Origin: Phycisphaerae bacterium
GTDB taxonomy: Bacteria; Planctomycetota; Phycisphaerae; JAJVII01
Direction of reading: 5' to 3'
DNA: 64,000 bases
Assembly (NCBI GenBank): GCA_022072085.1
Contig: JAJVII010000018.1
Span: 114,496 to 178,495 of the forward strand
Shown here: positions 9,771 to 18,739 of the stretch, piece after piece
How positions within the stretch are numbered: the stretch's first letter is position 1
Layout: each line of letters starts with the position of its first letter
The notes under the pieces: generated by a model
What the model was told of the DNA's origin: nothing
Database searches by the model: none
What the model saw: only the letters and a program-made list of their open reading frames with translations
Position numbers and translations under genes: made by a program

Positions 9771-11297
9771 ATGTCACAACGGAAACTGACCGGCGCGATG
9801 GGACTGGCGATCGTGATCGCAGCGGCGCGATTGCGGGTCGTTGTGGCGGCAATCAGTTTGATGGCGCTGGTTCTCTTGCCGGGAAGCGCAGCCTTCGGCG
9901 CGTTCACAGCGGACAACTGGACGGGCGGTACGACGGACTTCAACAACACGGCCAACTGGTCGCTGGGCCATCTGCCGACCGCCCTGGGAGGCAGCGGCGA
10001 GCAGGGCGTGATCTCGGGCCTGACCTCCAACCAGCCGGTGCTGACCGCCCCGACTGCGGTCAACGCCCTCTTGTTCACCAACGGCGGGACGCTGTCATCC
10101 AACACGGCTGCCGACATCCTGACTCTGGATCTGAGCGCGGCCAACGGAACGGCACTTACCGTGTCCACCACGACGAACATCTCGGCGAATCTGGCGGCCA
10201 GGGCCAGTTCGGCCGGCACGAAAGTGGTGACAGTCTCCGTCACAGGATCGAACAACGTCCTCACCCTCAGCGGCAATCTGACGCCCAACGGCGCCACATG
10301 GTCGCTCGGCGCCTCGGCAACCGATAAGATCGTGTTGTCCGGCAGCAACACCTTCTCCGGCACGCTGCTGCTGACGAGCGGCGTCATCGAGACAAACTCC
10401 AATGCCGCGCTGAACAACTGGAGCGGCTCGATTCAGTTGGGCACCAATGGCACGCCCGCCTCGGCGACCTTGCGACTCAACAATACCTTCTCGCTGACCC
10501 AGACGAACCTGATCATTACGGCCAAGTCGAACTCAACCGTGGACGAATACGTCGAGGTCGTCGGCAGCAACAGCCTGACGGTCGCCAACCTGAATCTGAC
10601 CCAGGTCAACGTGTCCGGCGTCTCGGACGTCCAGTTTCACAAGACCGGCGCCGGGACGCTGGTCTTGACCGGCAACAACGGCACGGTCAGCAAGAGCGGC
10701 AGCGGCACGTCCTTTAATCCCACAGCCGGGATCAAGGTCGACGCCGGCACGCTGCTGGTCAACAACGCCTCGGGCTCGCCGACCGCCGCCTCCATCGGCT
10801 ACAACGTCAACAGCAACGCCACCTTCGGTGGCACCGGCGCGGTCACCGGCGCGGTCGACGTCAAGAGCGGCGGCCACATCGCCCCCGGCGCCAGCGTCGA
10901 GTCCCTGGGCGTCGGCTGGCTGCACCTGGAGGCCGGCAGCTACCTCGACGTCGAGTTCATCCCGTCGGCCAACGACACGATCAACATCGCCGCCCTCAAC
11001 GGCCTGACTATCGACAGCGGCGCCCTGGTCAACCTCTACGTCGAGGGCTCGACGAATCCGTGGACCACGGCGGGAACCTACGCCCTGATCAACTACACCG
11101 GAACGTTGAACGGGGCGGCCAGCAACCTGTCGGTGGCCAACCCGCAGAACGGCCTGGACTACGAGTTCGCGACCGACGGCAGCACGGTGTATGTGACGAT
11201 TTCGAGCGTGAGCGTCCCCGAGCCGGCGACGATGGGCCTGCTCCTGCTGGGCGGCCTGGGCCTGATCGGCGGGAGCGTCCGGCGGCGGCTGAATTGA
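9771..11297 (+). CDS. PEP-CTERM protein with autotransporter-associated beta-strand repeats
   Basis: AGGAGG RBS; signal peptide; LSGSNTFSGT and KTGAGTLVLTGNN repeats; ends VPEPATMGLLLLGGLGLIGGSVRRRLN. Confidence 0.92.
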   Translation: MSQRKLTGAMGLAIVIAAARLRVVVAAISLMALVLLPGSAAFGAFTADNWTGGTTDFNNTANWSLGHLPTALGGSGEQGVISGLTSNQPVLTAPTAVNALLFTNGGTLSSNTAADILTLDLSAANGTALTVSTTTNISANLAARASSAGTKVVTVSVTGSNNVLTLSGNLTPNGATWSLGASATDKIVLSGSNTFSGTLLLTSGVIETNSNAALNNWSGSIQLGTNGTPASATLRLNNTFSLTQTNLIITAKSNSTVDEYVEVVGSNSLTVANLNLTQVNVSGVSDVQFHKTGAGTLVLTGNNGTVSKSGSGTSFNPTAGIKVDAGTLLVNNASGSPTAASIGYNVNSNATFGGTGAVTGAVDVKSGGHIAPGASVESLGVGWLHLEAGSYLDVEFIPSANDTINIAALNGLTIDSGALVNLYVEGSTNPWTTAGTYALINYTGTLNGAASNLSVANPQNGLDYEFATDGSTVYVTISSVSVPEPATMGLLLLGGLGLIGGSVRRRLN

Positions 11298-11366
11298 AGC
11301 GATCGGCCGAGGCCCGGCTGATGCGGCGGCAAGTGAGAAATGAGGAAATCCGGGGAAAGGAAGACC

Positions 11367-12947
11367 ATGATGTGCAGCACACGGCGATTCGCACGCGTGA
11401 CACTGGCTCTGGTCGGACTGACGGCGTTCATGCTGTCGGCCGGCGGCGCCGTCCAGGTTGAACTGACCACGGGCGATGCCGCTTTGCTGACGGCCAACTT
11501 CGGCGCCGTCAAGGAACTGAAGGATCCGGGCGCGGGGGTCGGCGCCGGCATCACCGCGACCAGCGGGAGCGGACGACGGACCGACCCGTGGCTGTTCAAC
11601 TTCAGTTCCGGCGGCGGCGGTCTGAACGTCGGCCAGTACATGGTCAAGGCGTTCTATGACGCCTACAACGAATCGGGCAACACCGAAGGCGGCGCCAGCT
11701 TCGTCCTGAACATGGGCGGGCAGAACATCACCGGGACCAGCGGGTACACCTCGCTGTCGACGGCCAACCTGGTCACCGGCTGGAGCGGGAACGGGTCGGG
11801 CAACATCAGTATCTACAACGTCAACACTGTCGACCTCGGGGCAATCGACGCGCACAACCTGGCCTATTACGAGACGGGGGGGTCTGTCTACATCGGCGAG
11901 CCGGTCGGGACGGGCAACGGGCGGGCCTCCGGCAACATCCGCGTGGACAGCATCAACGCGTCCGACTCGGAGGAGCGTGCCGGCATGGTCAAGATCTACG
12001 GCGCCGGCAACGTCCTGATCCAGACCGGTGGCGGCTCGCCCGTGGCTGGCGATATCAACGCCGGCGTCGTCAACTTCAACAGCATCCGGGGAGCCCCACA
12101 GTATACCAGCTCGCGGACCAACACGATTGAAGTCATTCACGCCGGCAGTTTTATCGCCAAGGACCTGCTGACCGCCACGAACTTCACCACTTCCTCCGGC
12201 AACCCCTTCGGCAACTACACCTATCTTGGCGGCGTGAACCTCGACGGCGGGTCGGCCGGCGGGGCGGCCACCATCCGCGACATCGACACGAGCCTGACGA
12301 TCATCAAGACCTCGACCGGCCTGCCGGCCACCGACGCCAATTACTGGTATGGCTCGGGCAACGTCTCGATCGCCAACTACGGCAGCGTCACGGTCCGCAA
12401 CATCAACACGTCGTTCAACGTCGGTCCCTTGACCTCGACGACTGGCGTGGGCGGCGACGTCAGCATCACCGGCATCGCCCACGACATCACCATCGACGGC
12501 ACGATCAACCTGGACCGATATCAGGTGGCTTCAAAACGCGGCGTTCTGACCCTCGATGCCGGCGGCCACATCACTCTGGCCACGCTGGACATGAACCTGC
12601 TCAAGTCGGCCAAGCTCCAGGCCGTCGCCGACAGCGAGATCACCGGGGCGCTGTTCAACTTCGCCGTCTCGGGCGCGGGCACGGGCACGCCGCTCGACCC
12701 GGTCGTCACCACGCAGACCGTCCTGCGGACCGGCATCGGCAAGTTCATCTACTACGATCCGTCGGTCGACGATAACGCCTACCTCGGCGGCAAGACCTAC
12801 CAGGTCGCCGACCTGCTGGGCAACGCCGGGTCGGGCGGCTACCTGACGCCATACGCCGTCGCAGTCCCCGAGCCGGCGACGCTGGGCCTGCTCCTGCTGG
12901 GCGGGCTGGGCCTCGGGCTGCCGGTTGTCCGGCGGCGAAGGCGATAG
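11367..12947 (+). CDS. PEP-CTERM protein, Gly/Asn/Thr-rich probable beta-helix
   Basis: Signal peptide; repeated GNISI/GNIRV/GNVSI/GDVSI strands; ends VPEPATLGLLLLGGLGLGLPVVRRRRR. Confidence 0.92.
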   Translation: MMCSTRRFARVTLALVGLTAFMLSAGGAVQVELTTGDAALLTANFGAVKELKDPGAGVGAGITATSGSGRRTDPWLFNFSSGGGGLNVGQYMVKAFYDAYNESGNTEGGASFVLNMGGQNITGTSGYTSLSTANLVTGWSGNGSGNISIYNVNTVDLGAIDAHNLAYYETGGSVYIGEPVGTGNGRASGNIRVDSINASDSEERAGMVKIYGAGNVLIQTGGGSPVAGDINAGVVNFNSIRGAPQYTSSRTNTIEVIHAGSFIAKDLLTATNFTTSSGNPFGNYTYLGGVNLDGGSAGGAATIRDIDTSLTIIKTSTGLPATDANYWYGSGNVSIANYGSVTVRNINTSFNVGPLTSTTGVGGDVSITGIAHDITIDGTINLDRYQVASKRGVLTLDAGGHITLATLDMNLLKSAKLQAVADSEITGALFNFAVSGAGTGTPLDPVVTTQTVLRTGIGKFIYYDPSVDDNAYLGGKTYQVADLLGNAGSGGYLTPYAVAVPEPATLGLLLLGGLGLGLPVVRRRRR

Positions 12948-13256
12948 CGACAGAGCAGGGATGAAATGCAGCGGCCGGCGGGTCGGCGGGGACCGGTGAG
13001 GGGCTGGTCCCGCGAGCCCGGCCGTCGGCGGCAGGGAGGCCAGGACAGTCAGCACGCCAGTCCGGGCGGCCCGGGATGGGGTTCAACAGATGGCCCCATT
13101 GCGCGGCCGTCGATCGGGCGACCATCCGACGCCCGACGGACGTGCCCGGCCCGATGAGAGAGAGTGATTCCCCGGCTGGCCATAACACGCACGACCGAGG
13201 TCCCGCCCAACCCGCGGCGTAAGTCGAGGCATGAAATCGAGCGGAAAGGAAGTCGC

Positions 13257-15872
13257 ATGCAACGTGGATTGACACGTCTACTGTCGGCTGCGCTGTCAGG
13301 CGCAACGATGCTGATCCTGCCGCTGCTGGCCGCCGCGGAGCCGCCGGCGGCCAAGCCGGACCTGAAGCTGGAGTTCACGCGCCCGCCGACACTGACGGCG
13401 GTGACCGACGGCAAAGCCACCGTCGGGTTCGCGTTGAACGCGGCGGCCGACGTCGAGGTCGCGATTCTCGACGCCGCGGGCAAGGTGGTGCGCCACCTGG
13501 CCGCCGGCGTGCTGGGCGGACAGAACCCGCCGCCTCCGCCGCTGGCTGGCGGACTGGAGCAGAGCATCGCGTGGGACGGCCTGGACGACTACGGTCAGCG
13601 GCCGGCGGCGGCCGGGCCGTTCAGCGTCCGCGTGCGGGCGGGCATGAGCGTGAAGCTCGAGCGGATCGCCGGCGGCAACCCGCACATGTTCTTCCTCGGC
13701 AGCCACGGCGACCACGGCCGCTGGGGGATCACCGGGCTGGAGGTCAAGAGCGACGGCAAGGTCTACGTCTCCGGCCACTCCAGCACGCTGGGCCCGGTGG
13801 CTATCCGCCAGTACGACGCGGACGGGAAGTACGAGCGGACGGTCTTCCCGCCGCCGGCCGGCAAGGACCCCGAGGCCATGAAGGGCTGGGGCATCCACAT
13901 CAACGACGACGGGACCTACATGCTGCGGTTCAACCGCCTGACCGACCCGTCGGTCAGCACGACGCTGATCGACCCGGAGTTGGGCATGGCCCGCCTGATG
14001 CCCACGCCCGACGTCCACCGGCTGAGCCTGTGGGGCGGCGGGCTCGACCTGCTGACGATCAACACCGACGGCACGATCCCGCCGGCGGCTGAGCAGATGC
14101 GCGGGCTGCTGGCAGCCGATCCGCCGATCCGGGGCGGCGGGGACTCGGCCGCCGGGCCGGTGTTCACCTGCCTGGCCCCCGACGGCAAGAGCTTCTACCT
14201 CAGCGGCGTCTACGGCCTCACCCGCAACGGCAGGAACTGGGAGCCGGCGAAGGAAGGCTTCTGGCTCGACGGCCAGGTGTGGAAGGTGGACCTGGCGACG
14301 CGGAAGGCGACGCCCTTCTTCGCCCTGGACGCCAAGGCGGTGGCCGACTCCTTCGCCACGCGCGGCGGCAAGTGGGACAAGTCGTCGCTGGGCGGAGTCA
14401 AGAGCTACTCGGCGCTGCACGGCGTGGCCGTGGACAAGGAAGGCCGGCTCTTCGTCGCCGACCGCCTGGACAAGTGCGTCCTGGTCCTGGACAAGGATGC
14501 CAAGGAAATCCGCCGCCTGCCCGTCGAGTATCCCGACGCCGTCGCGGTCAGCGCCCGCACCGGGGCGCTCTACGTGACGACGCGTTGCGGGTGCGAGGGC
14601 TCGGGCGCCGGCAGCGTCGGGCTGGTCAAGTTCGACAACTGGCAGAAGGACGACAAACCGTCGGCGGCGCTGCCCAACCTGGCGCACACGTGGTACACCG
14701 ACGGGTTCAAGCACTCCTACGTCGCGCTGTGCGAGAAGGGCGACGCGACGAACGTCTGGGTCGCCTGGACAGAGCTGCCCGTGCAGGTATACCGGGACGA
14801 CGGCAAGGAGATGAAGCTGGTCAGCGACTTCCGCGCCCTGGCCGCCGAGCAGGGCTGCTGGGGCTTCGACCGCCTGGAGGTCGACCGCGCGACCGAGGCC
14901 GCCTACGTCGGCGACGACCACTCCACGTATTGGAAGATCGCCGACTGGAACGCCAGGCAGCCGGCGTTCGTGAAGGTGCCCGTGGCGGCCACCTCCATCG
15001 ACATCGACCCGCGGAACCGCTACCTCTTCTCCAACATCGGCGGGTCGGTCTGGGCCAAGCGCGGCATCGCCCGGTTCTTCCTGGACAAGGAGGGCAACCC
15101 GCCGGCCAACTTCGGCGACACCGGCAGCAACGTCTTCACCGGCAAGCTCTGGACCGAGTGGTGCTTCACCGGCAACGGCGACATGGGCTGGGCGGTCGCG
15201 GCCAACGGCAACCTGGCGGGCATGGACCAGCGCGGACATCTCTTCTTCTTCCAGGGGACCGACGCGAAGGTCCCCTGGGACGAGACCGAACTGGCCAACT
15301 TCGGCGGACGCGGCATCTACGGCGGCGTGCGGTTCGACCTGGCCGGCAATCTCTACGTCGGGCACCGGGACGGCACACCCAACAAGACCCCGCCGGCGTT
15401 CAAGGACGACCCCTTCGCCAACCAGACCGGCGGCGGGCAGGGCTGCGTCAAGATCGTCAAGTATGCCCCGACCGGAACGATGGCCAGCGGCAACCTGTTC
15501 CCGGCCAAGCCGACGGGCCCAGCCAAGGCATACGACGTCAACCTGGGCGCCTTCGACGTGAGCTGCATCGTCCGCACGCCGCAGTTCAACGTCGATGCCT
15601 TCGGGCGGATCTGCTTCCCGACCAATATCCAGCCGCGCGTCACGCTGCTGGACAACGCCGGCAACGAAATCCTGCACTTCGGGACCTGGGGCAACCGCGA
15701 CTCGACCGGCGGGCTGCCCGACGACCTCGTCCCGACGAAGGACATCCCGATGGGCCTGCCCAACAGCGTCGCCGCAACCGACGACTACATCTACGTCGCC
15801 GACATGGTGAACCTGCGAGTGCTGCGGATCAGGAAGGAGTTCGCCCTGACCGCCGGTGCGAAGGGACAATAG
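13257..15872 (+). CDS. Secreted FlgD-Ig-like + NHL/beta-propeller protein
   Basis: AAGGA RBS, signal peptide; ILDAAGKVVRHL..WDGLDD; HGVAVDKEGRLFVADR; NSVAATDDYIYVAD. Confidence 0.8.
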   Translation: MQRGLTRLLSAALSGATMLILPLLAAAEPPAAKPDLKLEFTRPPTLTAVTDGKATVGFALNAAADVEVAILDAAGKVVRHLAAGVLGGQNPPPPPLAGGLEQSIAWDGLDDYGQRPAAAGPFSVRVRAGMSVKLERIAGGNPHMFFLGSHGDHGRWGITGLEVKSDGKVYVSGHSSTLGPVAIRQYDADGKYERTVFPPPAGKDPEAMKGWGIHINDDGTYMLRFNRLTDPSVSTTLIDPELGMARLMPTPDVHRLSLWGGGLDLLTINTDGTIPPAAEQMRGLLAADPPIRGGGDSAAGPVFTCLAPDGKSFYLSGVYGLTRNGRNWEPAKEGFWLDGQVWKVDLATRKATPFFALDAKAVADSFATRGGKWDKSSLGGVKSYSALHGVAVDKEGRLFVADRLDKCVLVLDKDAKEIRRLPVEYPDAVAVSARTGALYVTTRCGCEGSGAGSVGLVKFDNWQKDDKPSAALPNLAHTWYTDGFKHSYVALCEKGDATNVWVAWTELPVQVYRDDGKEMKLVSDFRALAAEQGCWGFDRLEVDRATEAAYVGDDHSTYWKIADWNARQPAFVKVPVAATSIDIDPRNRYLFSNIGGSVWAKRGIARFFLDKEGNPPANFGDTGSNVFTGKLWTEWCFTGNGDMGWAVAANGNLAGMDQRGHLFFFQGTDAKVPWDETELANFGGRGIYGGVRFDLAGNLYVGHRDGTPNKTPPAFKDDPFANQTGGGQGCVKIVKYAPTGTMASGNLFPAKPTGPAKAYDVNLGAFDVSCIVRTPQFNVDAFGRICFPTNIQPRVTLLDNAGNEILHFGTWGNRDSTGGLPDDLVPTKDIPMGLPNSVAATDDYIYVADMVNLRVLRIRKEFALTAGAKGQ

Positions 15873-15972
15873 CGCGATTGGATTCTCCGTGTTGGGAAGG
15901 CGCGCACGCCTGTGGCCTTGCGGCTGAGCGTTCGGCCGCCCGACGACATCATCCAGTGGAAGGCACATCCGC

Positions 15973-18726
15973 ATGAAGCGTTTTGTAATCGCGATATTGC
16001 TGCTGGCGCCCGCGGCGGCCGCCGCCGCTGACGGGCCGGGCCCGAAGTTCGCCGCCCCGCCGACCGCCGCCAAGGCCGGCGACGGCGCTACCGTCGCATT
16101 CGCCGTCGATCGCGCCGCCGACGTGGCCGTCTGGGTGCTGGACGCCAAGGGCGGCGTCGTCCGCCACCTGGTCGCCGGCGTGCTGGGGCCCAACGCCCCC
16201 GCGCCGCTGAAGGCCGACTCGCTCGCGCAGACCCTCGCCTGGGACGGCAAGGACGACGCCGGCAAGCCGGCCGAGGGCGGGCCGTTCAGCTTCCGCGTGG
16301 CCGCGGGGCTGACGCCGCACCACGCGGGCTATCCGCTGGAGAAGCCCGGCGAATCCTACCTCGACCAGGGCATCGTTCTGGGCATCGCCGCACGCCCCGA
16401 CGGCGGCGTCTACACGATCAACCATCGCTCGATCATCCGCCAGAAGGGCTACTACGACATCAAACGCTACACGCACGACGGCGACTACGCCGGCACGCTC
16501 ATGCCGCTGGACAGCCAGGTCGACCCGAAGAACGCCCGCGGCGTCTCGCCGCTGGTCGATGCGACCGGCCGACCGATGATGGTCTACGGTTCAGCCAACT
16601 TCGCCCTGCTGGACTACATGCCGGCCAACCCGTTCATGCAGACCCCGGCGGTCCGGCGTAACGGCAACCTGCTGCTGTTCAGCATCGACGCGTTCAGTTG
16701 GGAGCGCGGCGCGACGGTCGGCCTGACGGAGTTGCTGCCCGGCGGCGGCACGCCCGAGACGCCCTACGTGCGGGTGAAGTTCAAGCTCAAGGGGGGCGAG
16801 AAGTTCGGCAACGGCGGCACGCCGGCGCTGGTGCTGGGCGACGACGAGAAGTTCGCCTACGTCGTCGGCCTCCAGCACTACCTCGGGGCCCGGCAGATGC
16901 CGACGTTCCACGCGGTGTTCCGCGTCGCCCTCGACGGCGACGGCACGCTGGAGCCGGTCTTCGGCGACCCGGCCGCCGCCGGCGGCGACGACAAGCATCT
17001 GTCCGATCCGTCCGCGATCGCCGCCGACGGCAAGGGCCGCCTGCTGATCGCCGACCGCGGCAACAACCGCGTCGTGGTGCTCAGCGCCAAGGACGCAAGT
17101 TGGGTGGGTTCATTCCCCGTTGACGGCGTCCTCTGGGTCGGCGCCAGCGCCCGCAGCGGCGCGATCTACGTCTGCTCGCACACGACCCCCGCGGCTGCGC
17201 CCGACGCCCCGGCCAAGCGGCGCTCCGCCGCGGCCGCCGACCCCGCCGGCGAGGCGCTGACCCGCTACTCGCCGTGGCCCGACCCCAAGGCGCAGCAGCA
17301 GGTCGCGCTGGCCAACTCGTCGCGGTTCTACAAGGGCGGGCAATACGTCGCCGCCGTGGACGACTCGGCCGACCATCCGCGGATCTGGCTGGGGCAGAAC
17401 TTCAACAGCGAGGCGATGAAGAGCCCCGTGCCCGAACTGCTGGCCTTCTGCGACGACCTGGGCGATTCTTTCTCGCCGATGAGGCCCGTGCAGGGCCGGC
17501 CCGGCGGGTCGATGGGCTGGGAGGCCTTCAGCGACCCCACCCACCGCTACGTCACTGTCGATGGCATGCTGATCGACGACCAGGAGCAGCGGATCACGCG
17601 CCCGGCCAAGACCAACGGCACCTGCCAGATGGGTCCGGACGGGCTGTTCTACCTGATGTCCAACGCAGGCAATATCCGCCGCTACACCGCCAAGGGCGAA
17701 GAGGTCCCCTTCAAGGCCATCAAGCCCGGCGCATGGGTCGTCGGCCGCGAGAAAGACGGCAAGCCGGTCATCCTGCGCGAACTGGAGAAGGGCGCCCGCC
17801 TCATGGGCGGGGTCAGCTACAAGGTCAACGAGTGGTCGGTCACCGGCCAGGCGCTGCCCAACTACCCCTCCGGCACGACGGGCAACGAGCGCGACTTCAC
17901 CCTCGACCGCGAGGGCAACATCTACGTCAAGAACCGCGCCTGCCAGTATCACGGGCCGATGACCGTGGACGTCTACGACAAGGACGGGGCCTACCTGCGG
18001 ACCGCGATCTGGGAGATCGGCGACCGGTCCTACGGGCCTCGCCTGGACGCAGCCGGCAATCTCTATTTCCTCGCCGGCGTCACCGGCGAGAAGGGCAACG
18101 CCCCGGACGTCTTCAAGTCGGTCGCGCTCTACCAGCGGCTGTTCGGCAGCATCGTCAAGTTCTCGCCCAGGGGCGGGGCCCTGCACCTGATGCCCGACGA
18201 CGCTTACGAGAAGAACTTCGGCTTCCCGATGCCAAAGCTCGACCTGCCGGCCCAGACCGTGTCGGTCGCGGCCGGGCGGGGCATCGAGCACGGCCGTAAG
18301 CTCGAGGGGGCCCTGTGGTGGCGGCCGGGCTTCTCGGTCTACAATGCCGCCGAATGCCACTGCAACGGCCACAGCTTCGATGTCGATCCGTTCGGCCGTG
18401 TCTACTACCCCGACATGCTCAGCTTCCAGATCGGCGTGCTGGACACCAACGGCAACACGATTCTTCGCCTGGGCGGCTACGGCAACCGCGACCAGCGCGG
18501 ATCCTACAGTTGGGTCCCCGACGCCGCAACCGGCGCCCTGCGTCCGCCGTCGGCCGACCAGATCGAGGCCTCGCCCAGCCCGTTCGCCCAGCCCGAGTTC
18601 GCTTTCGCCTTCCTCAACAGCGTTGCGGTGACCGAACGCCACCTGTTCGCCACCGACACGCTGAACCAGCGTGTGACCCGGATCAGCCTGGACTACGCCG
18701 TCGACCAGACTTGTCAGATCAAGTGA
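15973..18726 (+). CDS. Secreted FlgD-Ig-like + NHL/beta-propeller protein (paralogue of the preceding gene)
   Basis: VLDAKGGVVRHL..WDGKDD; LSDPSAIAADGKGRLLIADRGNNRV; FDVDPFGR..GGYGNRD. Confidence 0.8.
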   Translation: MKRFVIAILLLAPAAAAAADGPGPKFAAPPTAAKAGDGATVAFAVDRAADVAVWVLDAKGGVVRHLVAGVLGPNAPAPLKADSLAQTLAWDGKDDAGKPAEGGPFSFRVAAGLTPHHAGYPLEKPGESYLDQGIVLGIAARPDGGVYTINHRSIIRQKGYYDIKRYTHDGDYAGTLMPLDSQVDPKNARGVSPLVDATGRPMMVYGSANFALLDYMPANPFMQTPAVRRNGNLLLFSIDAFSWERGATVGLTELLPGGGTPETPYVRVKFKLKGGEKFGNGGTPALVLGDDEKFAYVVGLQHYLGARQMPTFHAVFRVALDGDGTLEPVFGDPAAAGGDDKHLSDPSAIAADGKGRLLIADRGNNRVVVLSAKDASWVGSFPVDGVLWVGASARSGAIYVCSHTTPAAAPDAPAKRRSAAAADPAGEALTRYSPWPDPKAQQQVALANSSRFYKGGQYVAAVDDSADHPRIWLGQNFNSEAMKSPVPELLAFCDDLGDSFSPMRPVQGRPGGSMGWEAFSDPTHRYVTVDGMLIDDQEQRITRPAKTNGTCQMGPDGLFYLMSNAGNIRRYTAKGEEVPFKAIKPGAWVVGREKDGKPVILRELEKGARLMGGVSYKVNEWSVTGQALPNYPSGTTGNERDFTLDREGNIYVKNRACQYHGPMTVDVYDKDGAYLRTAIWEIGDRSYGPRLDAAGNLYFLAGVTGEKGNAPDVFKSVALYQRLFGSIVKFSPRGGALHLMPDDAYEKNFGFPMPKLDLPAQTVSVAAGRGIEHGRKLEGALWWRPGFSVYNAAECHCNGHSFDVDPFGRVYYPDMLSFQIGVLDTNGNTILRLGGYGNRDQRGSYSWVPDAATGALRPPSADQIEASPSPFAQPEFAFAFLNSVAVTERHLFATDTLNQRVTRISLDYAVDQTCQIK

Positions 18727-18739
18727 AAGGATGACGCAG

